Notes under the pieces: generated by a model
What the model saw: the letters and a program-made list of their open reading frames with translations, nothing else
Databases searched by the model: none
Told to the model about the DNA's origin: nothing
In this document: positions 1 through 9,973 of the stretch, piece after piece
Numbering within the stretch: position 1 is the stretch's first letter
Layout of the letters: each line of letters opens with the position of its first letter
Origin: a virus
Taxonomy: Duplodnaviria; Caudoviricetes
Strand: one strand, 5' to 3'
IMG/VR virus record: IMGVR_UViG_3300030095_003260
Span: 1 to 33,256 of that record
Length of the DNA stretch: 33,256 bases
Made by a program: the position numbers and the translations under genes

Positions 1-78
1 CCTTTTCCGCCAGTACAGTCTGAGACGTTGTCTACTGCACGAGTCCATACTGACTGTTTATAAGTATGCAGTGAGTAA

Positions 79-107
79 ATTATACATTGTTTCATCAGAT
101 AGCGCAA
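79..107 (-). promoter_or_regulatory. sigma70-type promoter reading out of the left edge
   Basis: Minus strand TTGCGC (102-107), 17 nt, TATAAT (79-84), just after the capsid terminator. Confidence 0.5.
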
Positions 108-110
108 ATA

Positions 111-138
111 AAAAGGGGCACTAAAAAGTGCCCCTTTT
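111..138 (-). terminator. Rho-independent terminator after major capsid gene (possibly bidirectional)
   Basis: AAAAGGGGCACT-AAAA-AGTGCCCCTTTT 12-bp inverted repeat with A/T runs at both ends. Confidence 0.85.
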
Positions 139-166
139 ATACTTCTAATAAAAGAAGTTAGTGTTG

Positions 167-1072
167 TTATGCTCCTTCAGAAGCAAACATACCTCTCCAA
201 TCAGAGAAACCGAAGCTGTAACGCTCTCTAGCCTTATACTTCATATTTCCAGTTTCAAAGTCGCCTTCCATAGAGGTAGCGATCGGTGATCTTTGAAAAT
301 GTTTTAGTCCATTAGGCACATCAGTTTTAATAAAGAATGCGTCTGTGTCAGTTAGGTAGTTGTTTACTACATAACCTTCAGGCACCATTCCTTTTGATGC
401 GATAGCGTTGATGTCGTTATCAGCAGTTCCAGTTCTGTTTGCAGACTTCATAAGTCTTTCCGCAGTGAATTGTAACGCTGATGGGATAATCAACTTACGA
501 GCTTTAGCAGCAACTTTTAGACCTCTGTCATCAGCAAAAGCACCAATGTCAATCATTGCTTGCTCTAACGATGTCTCGTTAAGGTCAGAAGCAGTAGCTA
601 GTTCGTTTCTTTGGTTACCAGACGAAGTTGGGTGAGCAGAAGAAAATAGCTCAACACCGTCTCCACCAGTAAAGCTAGAACTGAAACCGTTGTTTAAAAC
701 GTTTGCAGCTTTAACTTGCTTAGTGTGCGCCATAGAACGTGCTAGTGCTTTCGTATAACGAGTACTGATTTTGTCGTAAAGGTTGTCCTCTACAGCTTCT
801 TCAGTAATCTGGAAAGCCAGTGCCACTGTTTCATGAGAGTAACGTGCTGTGAAAGACTCAGTCGCTGCATCAAAGTTAACAGAAGAACCTTCTGGCTTAA
901 CTGATGCTGAACCGAAGCCTGATAACATTACTTCTTCCTCAAAAGCTCTATCAGAGTTTTCAGTGTCAAAGATGTCAGCATGCTGATTCTCATACGTGTT
1001 ATATTCCAATCCGAATAGTGCATTCAAACCGGGTTCCAACTCTTTTGCGAGTTGTGCTCTATTTATAGCCAT
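167..1072 (-). CDS. Major capsid protein (HK97 fold, Mu gpT-like group)
   Basis: 301 aa; MAINRAQLAKELEPGLNALFGLEY start and KARERYSFGFSDWRG end are typical of this phage capsid family; last gene of head module, followed by terminator. Confidence 0.9.
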   Translation of the reverse strand: MAINRAQLAKELEPGLNALFGLEYNTYENQHADIFDTENSDRAFEEEVMLSGFGSASVKPEGSSVNFDAATESFTARYSHETVALAFQITEEAVEDNLYDKISTRYTKALARSMAHTKQVKAANVLNNGFSSSFTGGDGVELFSSAHPTSSGNQRNELATASDLNETSLEQAMIDIGAFADDRGLKVAAKARKLIIPSALQFTAERLMKSANRTGTADNDINAIASKGMVPEGYVVNNYLTDTDAFFIKTDVPNGLKHFQRSPIATSMEGDFETGNMKYKARERYSFGFSDWRGMFASEGA

Positions 1073-1086
1073 AGTTCAAATCCTCC

Positions 1087-1650
1087 CTATACGCCTGTTG
1101 TTAGTTTATACACATGCTCGCCAGTGTTAAACACTACATAAGCATTTGCATTCGCAGAAGCCGTATCAGAGTTATCGGGATCTTTGGAGATACCAATTTG
1201 CTTAAAGCCACCTGAAGTACCAGAAGTAGAAGTAGCAATCTCAGAAGTTGATTGTCCAGTAGTAGTGCTTCCACTAACTCCTGCAAAATCAAAGGCTGAA
1301 TGATTCATAGCCGCTGTTCCAGTTCCGTCATGTTGTGCTTCAAACACGATGTGAGGGTCTGCATAAACATACGCAACAATGTCAGAAGTGTTTACTTGTG
1401 AATAAAATGCTTTGTATGTTGGTTTACTTGTTGTTGGATCAGTATAGAAACAACCTCCAAAAACACCCAGTTGTTGAGTGTCTCCAGCCGCTGCTTGCTC
1501 TATGCCGCCCGCTGCCACTGCCTCTACAACTTGTCCGCTGAAGATGGAAGTGCCGTGGTTAGCTGCGATTGCATACTCTTCAGTACGAATCTCACCACCA
1601 CTTAAATGCCTTGCGGGTTTAAACCCAAAGGCTGCGTCTTTATTTGCCAT
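1087..1650 (-). CDS. Capsid-associated / decoration protein
   Basis: 187 aa, Ala/Gly/Thr/Ser-rich, MANKDAAFGFKP start, directly upstream of capsid gene, strong AGGAG SD. Confidence 0.6.
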   Translation of the reverse strand: MANKDAAFGFKPARHLSGGEIRTEEYAIAANHGTSIFSGQVVEAVAAGGIEQAAAGDTQQLGVFGGCFYTDPTTSKPTYKAFYSQVNTSDIVAYVYADPHIVFEAQHDGTGTAAMNHSAFDFAGVSGSTTTGQSTSEIATSTSGTSGGFKQIGISKDPDNSDTASANANAYVVFNTGEHVYKLTTGV

Positions 1651-1736
1651 AATTATAGTCCTCCTTAGACTAATAAATTATTAGTTATTGTTAATAATCC
1701 AATATTAATTTTGGCAATGAATATGTGTGTTAGAAA

Positions 1737-2201
1737 CTAATCTTGTTTCTTGGCACCGCCAAAAGCTACTCTAGTTTGCCTACTCGGATTGTCTATCGGC
1801 ATACTAGGATGCTGCTCCCGCATCAAATTATTGTCAACAGCTTGTTGTTGATCATTAGTTTGATTTGCAAAATAAGCTCTACGCTCGTTTGCAATTTCAT
1901 TGGGTATTTTGGCTAACAGTAATCCACCTACAGCAACAACGCCTTCGTTTTTTCCGTCCTCAATAGTCGGAGCATCGAAATCACCTAACTCTTCAATTCT
2001 AACAAGTTCGTAACCTTCACGAATACGTGAAGATACATTTTTCTTATCATCTTGACCCATAACTTCAGCGCGTATCCAACGATACTGAAATCCGTCCGGT
2101 GCTTGTGGCGCGTCTAATCTAGATGGTGGTCGCCATGGCTGCCTTTTGGCAGTTTTATCTCTAGTTTGAGATGAGCGTGAGGTCTTATTTACTTTTGTCA
2201 T
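1737..2201 (-). CDS. Conserved head-module protein of unknown function
   Basis: 154 aa, WRPPSRLDAP...YRWIR...REGYELV motif, between scaffold and capsid genes. Confidence 0.65.
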   Translation of the reverse strand: MTKVNKTSRSSQTRDKTAKRQPWRPPSRLDAPQAPDGFQYRWIRAEVMGQDDKKNVSSRIREGYELVRIEELGDFDAPTIEDGKNEGVVAVGGLLLAKIPNEIANERRAYFANQTNDQQQAVDNNLMREQHPSMPIDNPSRQTRVAFGGAKKQD

Positions 2202-2205
2202 ATTG

Positions 2206-3162
2206 CTACTCCTTCACGTATTTAGCATATTCTTCTAATGGCACACCAAGTTTTTTAGCAATCGCAACTTGTGATGGTGTGAGTCTCACTGTGCGTTTTC
2301 CTTGCTTTGAAGTAGACTTTACAGCAGGGGCTACTGTTTGGTCAACAGTTTTCTTGCTTTTTTCTGCTTCAAATTTATTTGGAAATTGTTCTCTAATCTG
2401 ACGATCTATTTCTTCATAATACTCATCTGATTTAGGGTCATAGCCTTGTTCTTCAACTAATTTTCTGTGTACAGCAAACGCCGTATAAGTCATAGCTTCA
2501 TCTTGACCAAACCATACATTCTTTTCCGCCCAAGCATTCGCTTTGGGATCAGGAGGCGGGGCTTGTGGTGTCGGTTGTTGATAAACAGGGGTTTGTGGTA
2601 TTTCTTGTTGTTGAGCAAACCTTTGCGCTTGTGCTTCCAAGGCTTCTTTTTGCATTTTAGCACGTTCTGCATCTAAAGTAGCTCGAGCTAATATGCTTTG
2701 TGCGTCGGTTTGTGCGTTAACATCACCTTCTTCTATCGCTTTTTTTAGCCTTAATTTAGCTTCTTCAACTTGTGAAGTTGAAGCTGTTTCCATACTAGAA
2801 ACATAGTTCTGATTCATAGAACTTAAATTAGCTTCTAATTCTTTTTGCTTGTTTTGTAGACCATTAGCGTATTTTATCGCTGCCTCTTCTCTACGCTCAG
2901 CCTCACGAAGTTTACCAACTAACTTAGAAATTCTAGTGTTAACTTTTTCACTATATTTGTCGTGTTCAGTTTTTTCAGGAGTTTCAGGAGTTTCAGTTTT
3001 TGCTTCGGTGGTTGTTTCTTCAACAACTGGTGTTTCAGCAACCTCTTCTACAGTCTCTTCTACGGGATTAACTTTAGTTTCTTCTAATTCAACATCAACG
3101 GGAGCACCGCTGGTGTCAATGTCGACGAGTCTATCGTCTTGTATTTTTTCTGCCTCTGGCAT
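2206..3162 (-). CDS. Putative capsid scaffolding protein
   Basis: 318 aa; acidic N-terminus, long coiled-coil, C-terminal VRLTPSQVAIAKKLGVPLEEYAK; synteny. Confidence 0.7.
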   Translation of the reverse strand: MPEAEKIQDDRLVDIDTSGAPVDVELEETKVNPVEETVEEVAETPVVEETTTEAKTETPETPEKTEHDKYSEKVNTRISKLVGKLREAERREEAAIKYANGLQNKQKELEANLSSMNQNYVSSMETASTSQVEEAKLRLKKAIEEGDVNAQTDAQSILARATLDAERAKMQKEALEAQAQRFAQQQEIPQTPVYQQPTPQAPPPDPKANAWAEKNVWFGQDEAMTYTAFAVHRKLVEEQGYDPKSDEYYEEIDRQIREQFPNKFEAEKSKKTVDQTVAPAVKSTSKQGKRTVRLTPSQVAIAKKLGVPLEEYAKYVKE

Positions 3163-3199
3163 GGTTCTTGTTCTCCATGGTTAGTTATTGCAAGATGAC

Positions 3200-3706
3200 T
3201 TACATATGTAATATGTCAGTCGGGTCTTGTATTATAGCAAGTATTTCATCATCATTCAAGAGTCTTAAATCGCCTCCATCAATCTTTAATCTCGAACCTG
3301 CATAACGAGCAAAGATTACCCAATCGCCTTGTTTACACCAAGGACCATCAGTAAATTTAGTAGTATCTGCATAAGCGTCAGGACCAGTGGCTAAAACATA
3401 GCCACAAACTGTAGCTAATTGTTCTCTTTCGCGAGTTTGATCAGACAAAATAATGCCACCTTTACTTTTTTCAGCACCTAAATAAGGTAAAATTAAAATA
3501 CGCCAACCAGTTGGTTTTGGTAGTTTTGCCGCAATATTGTCGTCAATATTATCAGGATCTATGTATTTAGAATCACGTTTACCGTAAATATCTTCTACTT
3601 CTTTTTGTTTTTGTTCTATTTCAGCAGCTGTTAATTCTTTTGCTTTTTTAATTTTTTGTTTTTTTCTAGTTTTTTCCATGTGCGCGGGCAATATTAAATC
3701 ACTCAT
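3200..3706 (-). CDS. groES: Co-chaperonin GroES (Cpn10) homologue with N-terminal extension
   Basis: PTGWRILI, KSKGGIIL mobile loop, VLATGP, GDWVIFARYAG, LLNDDEILA match Cpn10 motifs. Confidence 0.9.
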   Translation of the reverse strand: MSDLILPAHMEKTRKKQKIKKAKELTAAEIEQKQKEVEDIYGKRDSKYIDPDNIDDNIAAKLPKPTGWRILILPYLGAEKSKGGIILSDQTREREQLATVCGYVLATGPDAYADTTKFTDGPWCKQGDWVIFARYAGSRLKIDGGDLRLLNDDEILAIIQDPTDILHM

Positions 3707-3896
3707 CGTTTTGTTCTCCTGTTTTAATTATGTCTTGAACTTCGCCTTCCAGTTCTTCTAAAGCACGAAAACGACCTATCATTTTATCATAGTCAAAAGA
3801 TTCCGTAGTTCTCCCTTGCATGACATAGTCAGTCGTTTGTTGTTTTTTATCGCGAATGATACGAAGTATCTTTTCGCTTAACCATATTCCGTCCAT
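3699..3896 (-). CDS. Small conserved head-module protein
   Basis: 65 aa, overlaps groES start; YDKMIGRFRAL motif. Confidence 0.6.
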   Translation of the reverse strand: MDGIWLSEKILRIIRDKKQQTTDYVMQGRTTESFDYDKMIGRFRALEELEGEVQDIIKTGEQNDE

Positions 3897-3902
3897 ATAA
3901 CT

Positions 3903-5657
3903 TTATAGTGTCGATCTTATTTGTCTGTATTTCTCTAATATACCACTTATTCCTGAATGTGCAACATCATCATTGCCCATGTACATAATACTTATTGGTT
4001 CATCTACAAAACCGGTCATGCCACCGTTATCATAACCTATACGTCCGCCGTTAGCCGCAGTTTGGTAAGGAACTATTCGAGGGTATTCGAAAGGATTACC
4101 GGGAAAAGGCATAGGCATAGGATAAGGCATAGGCATTGGCATTGGCCCAAAAAAAGGAGGAGGTACAGGATTTTGTACTTGTACTGGTGCCGTATATAAA
4201 TCTGCTAAAGATTGATTTACGTTGTTAGGAGCACCTATGTTTTGTAAATAATCCATGTAACCGCTGTTATCAAAACCAGTAGGGTTATACATAGCAGGGT
4301 AAGAATTATTGTAAGTCAAATTATATGGATCAGCAGGGAGTTTTTTAGCATTTCTGCCCATAGTGCCGTCTGTGCCGTCTGTGCCGTCTGTGCCGTCTAT
4401 ACGCTCTCCTGTTACTGGATCATATGCGTAATACGGTCGTGTAGCGGTTGGTCCTTGGTTGTCTCTTAAAGGTTTACCATCAGGGCCGACTTCTTGACCT
4501 TGAGCATTGGTTTTTACGTTAAAAGTAGTTTCAAGTCCCGGATCTAAACCAAGAAAATTTTTTACCAAACCAGTAACACCGGGTAGTCCATAATCAGATA
4601 AAAAACTATCTGTGCCAACAGCATTTAAAGTACCAATAACATTACCGTCTAAACTAAGATCGGTTTTCATGTCTCCAAATAAGCCTCTATAAGTGTTGGC
4701 TTTCATGGCTTTAATTTGAGCATCGGTATAACCAGCTGCTTTTAATTTTTCCATGGTTTGTTTGGCACTCATTAAGCCTACGTTTTGACCTACATTAGGG
4801 CTTACTTTAGTTGGATCAATGGCACCAGTTAACGGATCAACTATACCTAACATTTTGTTAGATAATAGCTGTCGGTCACGTTCTATTTCAGCGCGTTTTT
4901 TTTCATCTTCAAATGCCGTTGTTGCAGCTGCTAACTCTTTTGCTTTTATAGCGTCAGCAATTTCTTTATCTTTTTTCTTTTGTGCTGCAGTTCTATTTTT
5001 TTCTCTCTCTGCGTTTGCTTTGTCAACAGCGGCTTTCTCTGCTGCTGCTTGCGCTGCTGCTTGCGCTGCGGTGCTCGCTGCAGTTGGTGTAGTGGCGTTA
5101 GGATTACCCGATAAAGGACCACTACCTGCTACAGCTGCTCCCCCTAAATCCATACCGAAATTTTGACCTGCGTTTGCATTGCCAAAACCACCAGCAGTGC
5201 CACCGGGACCGGAACCTCGTCGACCACCCCCCGCTCTTGCGCCACCGGCGGTACCACCACTATCATTATAGTTTGGGATACCACCCGGACCTTTGTGCGG
5301 TGGGTTACTATCATAGAGATCTAACTCTTCTAAAAGTTTTGCTTCGGGTTCGGTAATGTAAGCTAACTTAACTTTGTGTTCGCCCGCACCATAAAATTTA
5401 GGTACTTTGGTCTTTAATAAATTTTCCGTAATACCAAAACGACGTTGTTCGTTTTCTGTCATATCATTTCCAACACTGCCACCTGTACTAAAACCAGTTA
5501 GTGAACGCATAGCTTGAATTAATTCATTACCACTATAACCAGCAGCCACCAAAGCGCTAGCAAGAGAGGCTATTGTACCTTTACCAACACCATACTTAAC
5601 TTGATTTTTCACATCATCTTTTGCCGGACCGTAAATTGGTCTGTACTTGTCGCCCAT
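3903..5657 (-). CDS. Putative internal virion / ejection protein, low complexity
   Basis: 584 aa; Gly/Ala/Pro-rich; LAYITEPEAKLL...GGIPNY segment; ANGGRIGYDNGG motif; coupled to portal stop. Confidence 0.55.
   Translation of the reverse strand: MGDKYRPIYGPAKDDVKNQVKYGVGKGTIASLASALVAAGYSGNELIQAMRSLTGFSTGGSVGNDMTENEQRRFGITENLLKTKVPKFYGAGEHKVKLAYITEPEAKLLEELDLYDSNPPHKGPGGIPNYNDSGGTAGGARAGGGRRGSGPGGTAGGFGNANAGQNFGMDLGGAAVAGSGPLSGNPNATTPTAASTAAQAAAQAAAEKAAVDKANAEREKNRTAAQKKKDKEIADAIKAKELAAATTAFEDEKKRAEIERDRQLLSNKMLGIVDPLTGAIDPTKVSPNVGQNVGLMSAKQTMEKLKAAGYTDAQIKAMKANTYRGLFGDMKTDLSLDGNVIGTLNAVGTDSFLSDYGLPGVTGLVKNFLGLDPGLETTFNVKTNAQGQEVGPDGKPLRDNQGPTATRPYYAYDPVTGERIDGTDGTDGTDGTMGRNAKKLPADPYNLTYNNSYPAMYNPTGFDNSGYMDYLQNIGAPNNVNQSLADLYTAPVQVQNPVPPPFFGPMPMPMPYPMPMPFPGNPFEYPRIVPYQTAANGGRIGYDNGGMTGFVDEPISIMYMGNDDVAHSGISGILEKYRQIRSTL
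4363..4398. repeat. 4 x 9-bp tandem repeat GTGCCGTCT (DGT peptide repeat)
   Basis: Perfect copies at 4363, 4372, 4381, 4390; in frame. Confidence 0.9.
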
Positions 5658-8113
5658 TATCTACCGCCACCGTTAAAAGGTTTATTAACTTCAGCAATTG
5701 TGTCTTTAACGTTCTCAGTCATCTTTAAGGCTTTGTCCATCATTTTAGCTTGACTGTCGCGTTCGAGTTTTTCTGCACCAATAGCAGAGCGAATAGCCAA
5801 GGCATCTTTTTGTTGTTCAATACGTTCTTTATCCGTAGTTTTTCTATCTTTAGCTTTTTTCTTCTCTAAGTCCAGTTTTTCTTCAGCTTCTTTTGCTTTA
5901 CGTTCTTGTTCGGTCATACGTAAGTTAAGCTCTTCTTTTTTAATTTCCACTAGTGGATCTTGCATCGAATCTTGCATAAGTGTTTCTAGTTCTGCTACGA
6001 ACTCAGCGATCAAATCAGACTCACGTTCAGCCACTCTATTTTGTACATCCATCATCATTTGCTGTTGCATCATTTGTTGTTGTTCTGGTGGCATTTGCAT
6101 CATTTGTTGTTGCACTTCCAACTGCACTTCTTCTTGCGCTTTGATTGAAATATGTTGCATAATGTGTGCTTGAACATTTGCCATAACTTGTGGACTGCCT
6201 TTAACAACAGAACTATTCATTAATGCAAAATGTGCTTCAATGTGGGCATCGTGATTTTGTCCTTGAAACGCTTGGGCTGGTACGCCAGCTAACATTTCTG
6301 CGTTCTCTGTTGCTGGGTCTTTAGGCTGTGGTTGTGGCGGTGGTGGTAAAATTATTTCAATATTTTGTACTCCCATAGCTTCATACATACGACGATAGGC
6401 TTCATGTAAGTTGTGCATTTGTGGGTTGCTTTGTGCAAGTTGTAATTGTTGTTGTGCTAAAGTTACGCGTTGGGTAATAGAAAAAATATTAGGATCAGAT
6501 ACTGGTATTACATCAACTCGAGCGTCAAAGTCTTGTGCTTTCACTGCTTGATTACCGCCCACCACTTGATACGGATACACTGGTGGTAAAGTTTCTGCAA
6601 ACAACGTAGCAAGTAATTTAAACTCTTTACCTTGTGCCATGTGCATTCTTTTGTGAATTGCTGACATAACTTTCATACCACGTTCAAGCAACGCCATAGT
6701 AGTGCCAACTGGATTAACTTCATTGCCTTCACCTAGTTTCATATCCGCAACTGCAGCAAAAGATTTACCGCTTTCAATAACAAAACCTAACAGCTGAAAC
6801 AAAGTAGCTGATGGTTCTTTGTAAGGTAGTGGTACTAATGAGTTTCTAATTTCACCTGCGGGTGCATCAACATCTCTAAACTCGCCGGGAACTAAAGGTT
6901 GGTCGTCATCACGAATACGTAGCCCTCGAGCTTTGAAGCCTGCAGGTAAGTTGGCGAGAGTTCCTGCATCAATAAGTTGTCGTAATATAGAGGTGGCGGA
7001 TTTTGAGAGACCACCGAGCATATGAATAAGGCCAAAACCATAAAAGCCAAGGCCGGGCAAAAATTTGTAATGTACAAAATACTGTTTTTTAATTTTAAGT
7101 GGATCCGTTTCATTCCAGTTTCTTCTAATTGATAATACTTCTCCTGAAGTCTCTTCAATAGTTACAATATATGGTAAACTAATGCCAGTCTCTTCGCCTG
7201 CCTCATTGGCATCTTCATAGCCGGGTAAATCTAAATCGGCATGTATTTCTAGTAATGTGTGAATATCATCTTTGTTGTAAACTTTTCTCTTGCCATCTAA
7301 TTGATCAATCTTATCTTGCACCTCACTTGGATCAGTATTGCTAGCATCACCAATCTCAATGTCACGATAAAAACCTGAGACTTGAAATTTACGTAAAGCG
7401 TTGCCCATCATTTTAACAACGTGAGTAAGACGTGTGCACGTCATCAAATCAGTAGCTTCATACGGCACTACTAGATCTTCTGATGACACAAACTTAGATA
7501 CAGGTCGTCCTAGAGTATTATCAAAATAAATTTTACGGAACGCCGAACCCGAAAGGGGGAGATGAAAAAGCATTTGATCGAGTTCGGGTTCGTATTCCTC
7601 CATGACATGCGTCAGTTGGTAATTCATAAATTCTTTAACGCGATTTGCTTGCGCGTCTACTTGTGGATTAGTTGCACCCATAACTTGAGTTTTTACTGGG
7701 CCACCTGCAGGGAATAATTCTTTATAAGATTGCGCTTGAAACTGTGTGACTGATTCAGCTAATAACGGATGACTTACTCCCGACGAACCCGGAAACGGTT
7801 CGTTACGATCTTCATAATTTAAACCTAGTAAACCTAAACCTTCAGCATAAGTAGACGACCAATCAGCACGAGCGTCTTTGTCGCCTTCGTACGCCTCAAG
7901 TAATTCTCTAGCAATACTATCTAAATCACCGTCATTTAAAAACTCTGCTAAGTTTTCAGTGTGTCCTTCTGACATCTTAACATCAGAACCAAAATTAATA
8001 GTAGCACCACCGTCCGCATCTAGTTGTGGGTCACCGTCCATGACTTCAACATCGGCTGCATTCATATCAAATTTTAATTGTTCTTTTAGCGGCATCTCCC
8101 GATCTATGGCCAT
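5657..8113 (-). CDS. Portal protein
   Basis: 818 aa; HPLLAESVTQFQA, LPLSGSAFRKIY, YKFLPGLGFYGFGL motifs; long Gln-rich coiled-coil C-terminus; downstream of terL. Confidence 0.88.
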   Translation of the reverse strand: MAIDREMPLKEQLKFDMNAADVEVMDGDPQLDADGGATINFGSDVKMSEGHTENLAEFLNDGDLDSIARELLEAYEGDKDARADWSSTYAEGLGLLGLNYEDRNEPFPGSSGVSHPLLAESVTQFQAQSYKELFPAGGPVKTQVMGATNPQVDAQANRVKEFMNYQLTHVMEEYEPELDQMLFHLPLSGSAFRKIYFDNTLGRPVSKFVSSEDLVVPYEATDLMTCTRLTHVVKMMGNALRKFQVSGFYRDIEIGDASNTDPSEVQDKIDQLDGKRKVYNKDDIHTLLEIHADLDLPGYEDANEAGEETGISLPYIVTIEETSGEVLSIRRNWNETDPLKIKKQYFVHYKFLPGLGFYGFGLIHMLGGLSKSATSILRQLIDAGTLANLPAGFKARGLRIRDDDQPLVPGEFRDVDAPAGEIRNSLVPLPYKEPSATLFQLLGFVIESGKSFAAVADMKLGEGNEVNPVGTTMALLERGMKVMSAIHKRMHMAQGKEFKLLATLFAETLPPVYPYQVVGGNQAVKAQDFDARVDVIPVSDPNIFSITQRVTLAQQQLQLAQSNPQMHNLHEAYRRMYEAMGVQNIEIILPPPPQPQPKDPATENAEMLAGVPAQAFQGQNHDAHIEAHFALMNSSVVKGSPQVMANVQAHIMQHISIKAQEEVQLEVQQQMMQMPPEQQQMMQQQMMMDVQNRVAERESDLIAEFVAELETLMQDSMQDPLVEIKKEELNLRMTEQERKAKEAEEKLDLEKKKAKDRKTTDKERIEQQKDALAIRSAIGAEKLERDSQAKMMDKALKMTENVKDTIAEVNKPFNGGGR

Positions 8114-8114
8114 A

Positions 8115-9059
8115 CTACGCTCTCATCATTGACATGATGCCTTCTCTTTTAGGTGACATACCCATATCTCTACGGTCGCCACCCATCATTCTAATAAACT
8201 CTTCTAGTGTGCCTTGAAAACCTTGTTGTACTGCTCGGTCGTAGGCTTCTACTATGTCTGACGGATTAGCGCCCGGCATTGCTGTTTCAATAAGTTTCAT
8301 AACTTCATCAATGTCAGTATCAAAAGTTCCACCGGGATCATCAATGAATGGCGGTGATTTGTAGTCATCATCGTCGTCAGGATCACCTGACGCAATGCGC
8401 ATACCGTCTTGGTAACCCATACGGCCACCATACGCTGCCATCTGTGGTGTGTTAATACTACCCACACCTTGTTCGCTAGCACCTTGAATTTTTTCTTGTA
8501 GCATTTGTAGTTCGTCTCTACTTAATGACGAACGAATAATATTAATACCTTTTTCACCCATGGACTGTAGAATTTGAATTGCCATGTTAATTTTTTTATT
8601 AGGATCTCTTTCGTTTGATAATGCTGCTGCAATACCCGCTTCAGTATTAGCAGATCGACTAGCCATTTGCGGATTAGGGTTTGACATCATTGCCATTTCT
8701 GCCGGACCACCATTTTGATAATTTATTCTGCCGCCATAAGACATGGCTGCAGGAGGCCTGAAACCCATTTGAAATAATTCTGCATCAATAGCAGAAACAT
8801 CTTCTCCTGCGCGTATTAAATCTTTTCGTATGTCTAAAAGTTGACTTACTCTGTTATTGCTCATACCCACTGTGCCTGTTGTTCCTGCTTGAAAACCTAT
8901 ACGTCCACCTTTGTTCATCATTTCTTCGTCTCTTAGACCCATAGCTTCGTCAATTTTAAAACTTATATAATCATCAAATGAAAGCGTATCAGGAATTTGA
9001 TTAAGTTGTCTAGCACTTAAATATTCTTGAAATATTTCTCTACGAAGTTTTTCGTCCAT
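8115..9059 (-). CDS. Putative internal virion protein with three GGR(I/M)x(F/Y) motifs
   Basis: 314 aa, Met/Gly-rich, between terL and portal. Confidence 0.55.
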   Translation of the reverse strand: MDEKLRREIFQEYLSARQLNQIPDTLSFDDYISFKIDEAMGLRDEEMMNKGGRIGFQAGTTGTVGMSNNRVSQLLDIRKDLIRAGEDVSAIDAELFQMGFRPPAAMSYGGRINYQNGGPAEMAMMSNPNPQMASRSANTEAGIAAALSNERDPNKKINMAIQILQSMGEKGINIIRSSLSRDELQMLQEKIQGASEQGVGSINTPQMAAYGGRMGYQDGMRIASGDPDDDDDYKSPPFIDDPGGTFDTDIDEVMKLIETAMPGANPSDIVEAYDRAVQQGFQGTLEEFIRMMGGDRRDMGMSPKREGIMSMMRA

Positions 9060-9134
9060 ATAGTTTTACCCCTTAACGTTAATTTTTAGCATATATTATA
9101 TTTTAATGCTAGTGTTTATCTTTGTCTTCTTAGT

Positions 9135-9419
9135 TTAACATTTCCAACGCCTACGAGCTTGCCTTAATCTAGAATTAGGGTCTGCTGCTGCTTTAGGAAA
9201 TTTTTTCATTTGTCCTGCACTACGTGCACAATAAGATTTACGTCTTTTTGAGTCTTTACTACCTTTTTTGACTTTACCAGTAACTGCTGTTTTAAGTTTT
9301 GATCCCGGATTATCGCGTCTATAGCGTGCAACGCCCGCTTTAGTCATACCGGCACCAGTTTTTGTCGATCTAAAATATTTTTTAGTCTTTGGTGGTTGTT
9401 TATCCTGTTTTCTTGCCAT
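9135..9419 (-). CDS. Small very basic conserved phage protein
   Basis: 94 aa, K/R-rich, RRKSYCARS and RLRQARRRWKC motifs. Confidence 0.7.
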   Translation of the reverse strand: MARKQDKQPPKTKKYFRSTKTGAGMTKAGVARYRRDNPGSKLKTAVTGKVKKGSKDSKRRKSYCARSAGQMKKFPKAAADPNSRLRQARRRWKC

Positions 9420-9437
9420 TTGCTACCTGTATTGGCC

Positions 9438-9743
9438 TCACGGTTTTCTTAATTGCTGTTTATGTCGACTCATGGAACCACCAGTTGCTGCTTTTTTGCG
9501 TTTTGCAAACGTAGCTACGTTAGTTGGTTTACCACCGGGATTACCTGCAGCGCGTTTTCGTCTGACAGCACTCGCCTTTTGCGACTTTGTCATCCGTGTG
9601 GCTTTGGCAAGTGGGACGCATTTGGGATATTTCCGTTTTGAGCCTTTGCTCCGTCCGCAGGGTTGATACTTCCCGTCTTTTTTGGGAGCACCAATGTCCA
9701 CCCATTTATCTTTTACCCATTTCCGTAGCCCGTTCTTTGCCAT
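9438..9743 (-). CDS. Small very basic conserved phage protein
   Basis: 101 aa; GLRKWVKDKWVDI...CGRS...YPKCVP motif; stop/start coupling. Confidence 0.7.
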   Translation of the reverse strand: MAKNGLRKWVKDKWVDIGAPKKDGKYQPCGRSKGSKRKYPKCVPLAKATRMTKSQKASAVRRKRAAGNPGGKPTNVATFAKRKKAATGGSMSRHKQQLRKP

Positions 9744-9973
9744 TAGACATACTTGGTTACTTTACGACGGTCATTCATGACCGCACCACAGCCTCTAGCA
9801 ATACCACCGTTACCAAACTTAATTCTACCACCGTCAGCTTTTTTATTTTTCTTACCGCCCGGTGTTATTTTGCCTGAACATACTCCTGACGCGTACATAT
9901 TAGCATACGCTGAAGGATAAACCTTAAACTTACGCTTTGCTGCAGCTTTACCTTTGGGACAAAGTTTTGCCAT
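9743..9973 (-). CDS. Small basic protein
   Basis: 76 aa; AKRKFKVYPSAYAN motif and ADGGRIKF motif; stop/start coupling. Confidence 0.7.
   Translation of the reverse strand: MAKLCPKGKAAAKRKFKVYPSAYANMYASGVCSGKITPGGKKNKKADGGRIKFGNGGIARGCGAVMNDRRKVTKYV

Noticed and set aside
4363-4398. Phase-variation repeat
   Set aside because: The 9-bp unit preserves frame; it is a simple linker expansion
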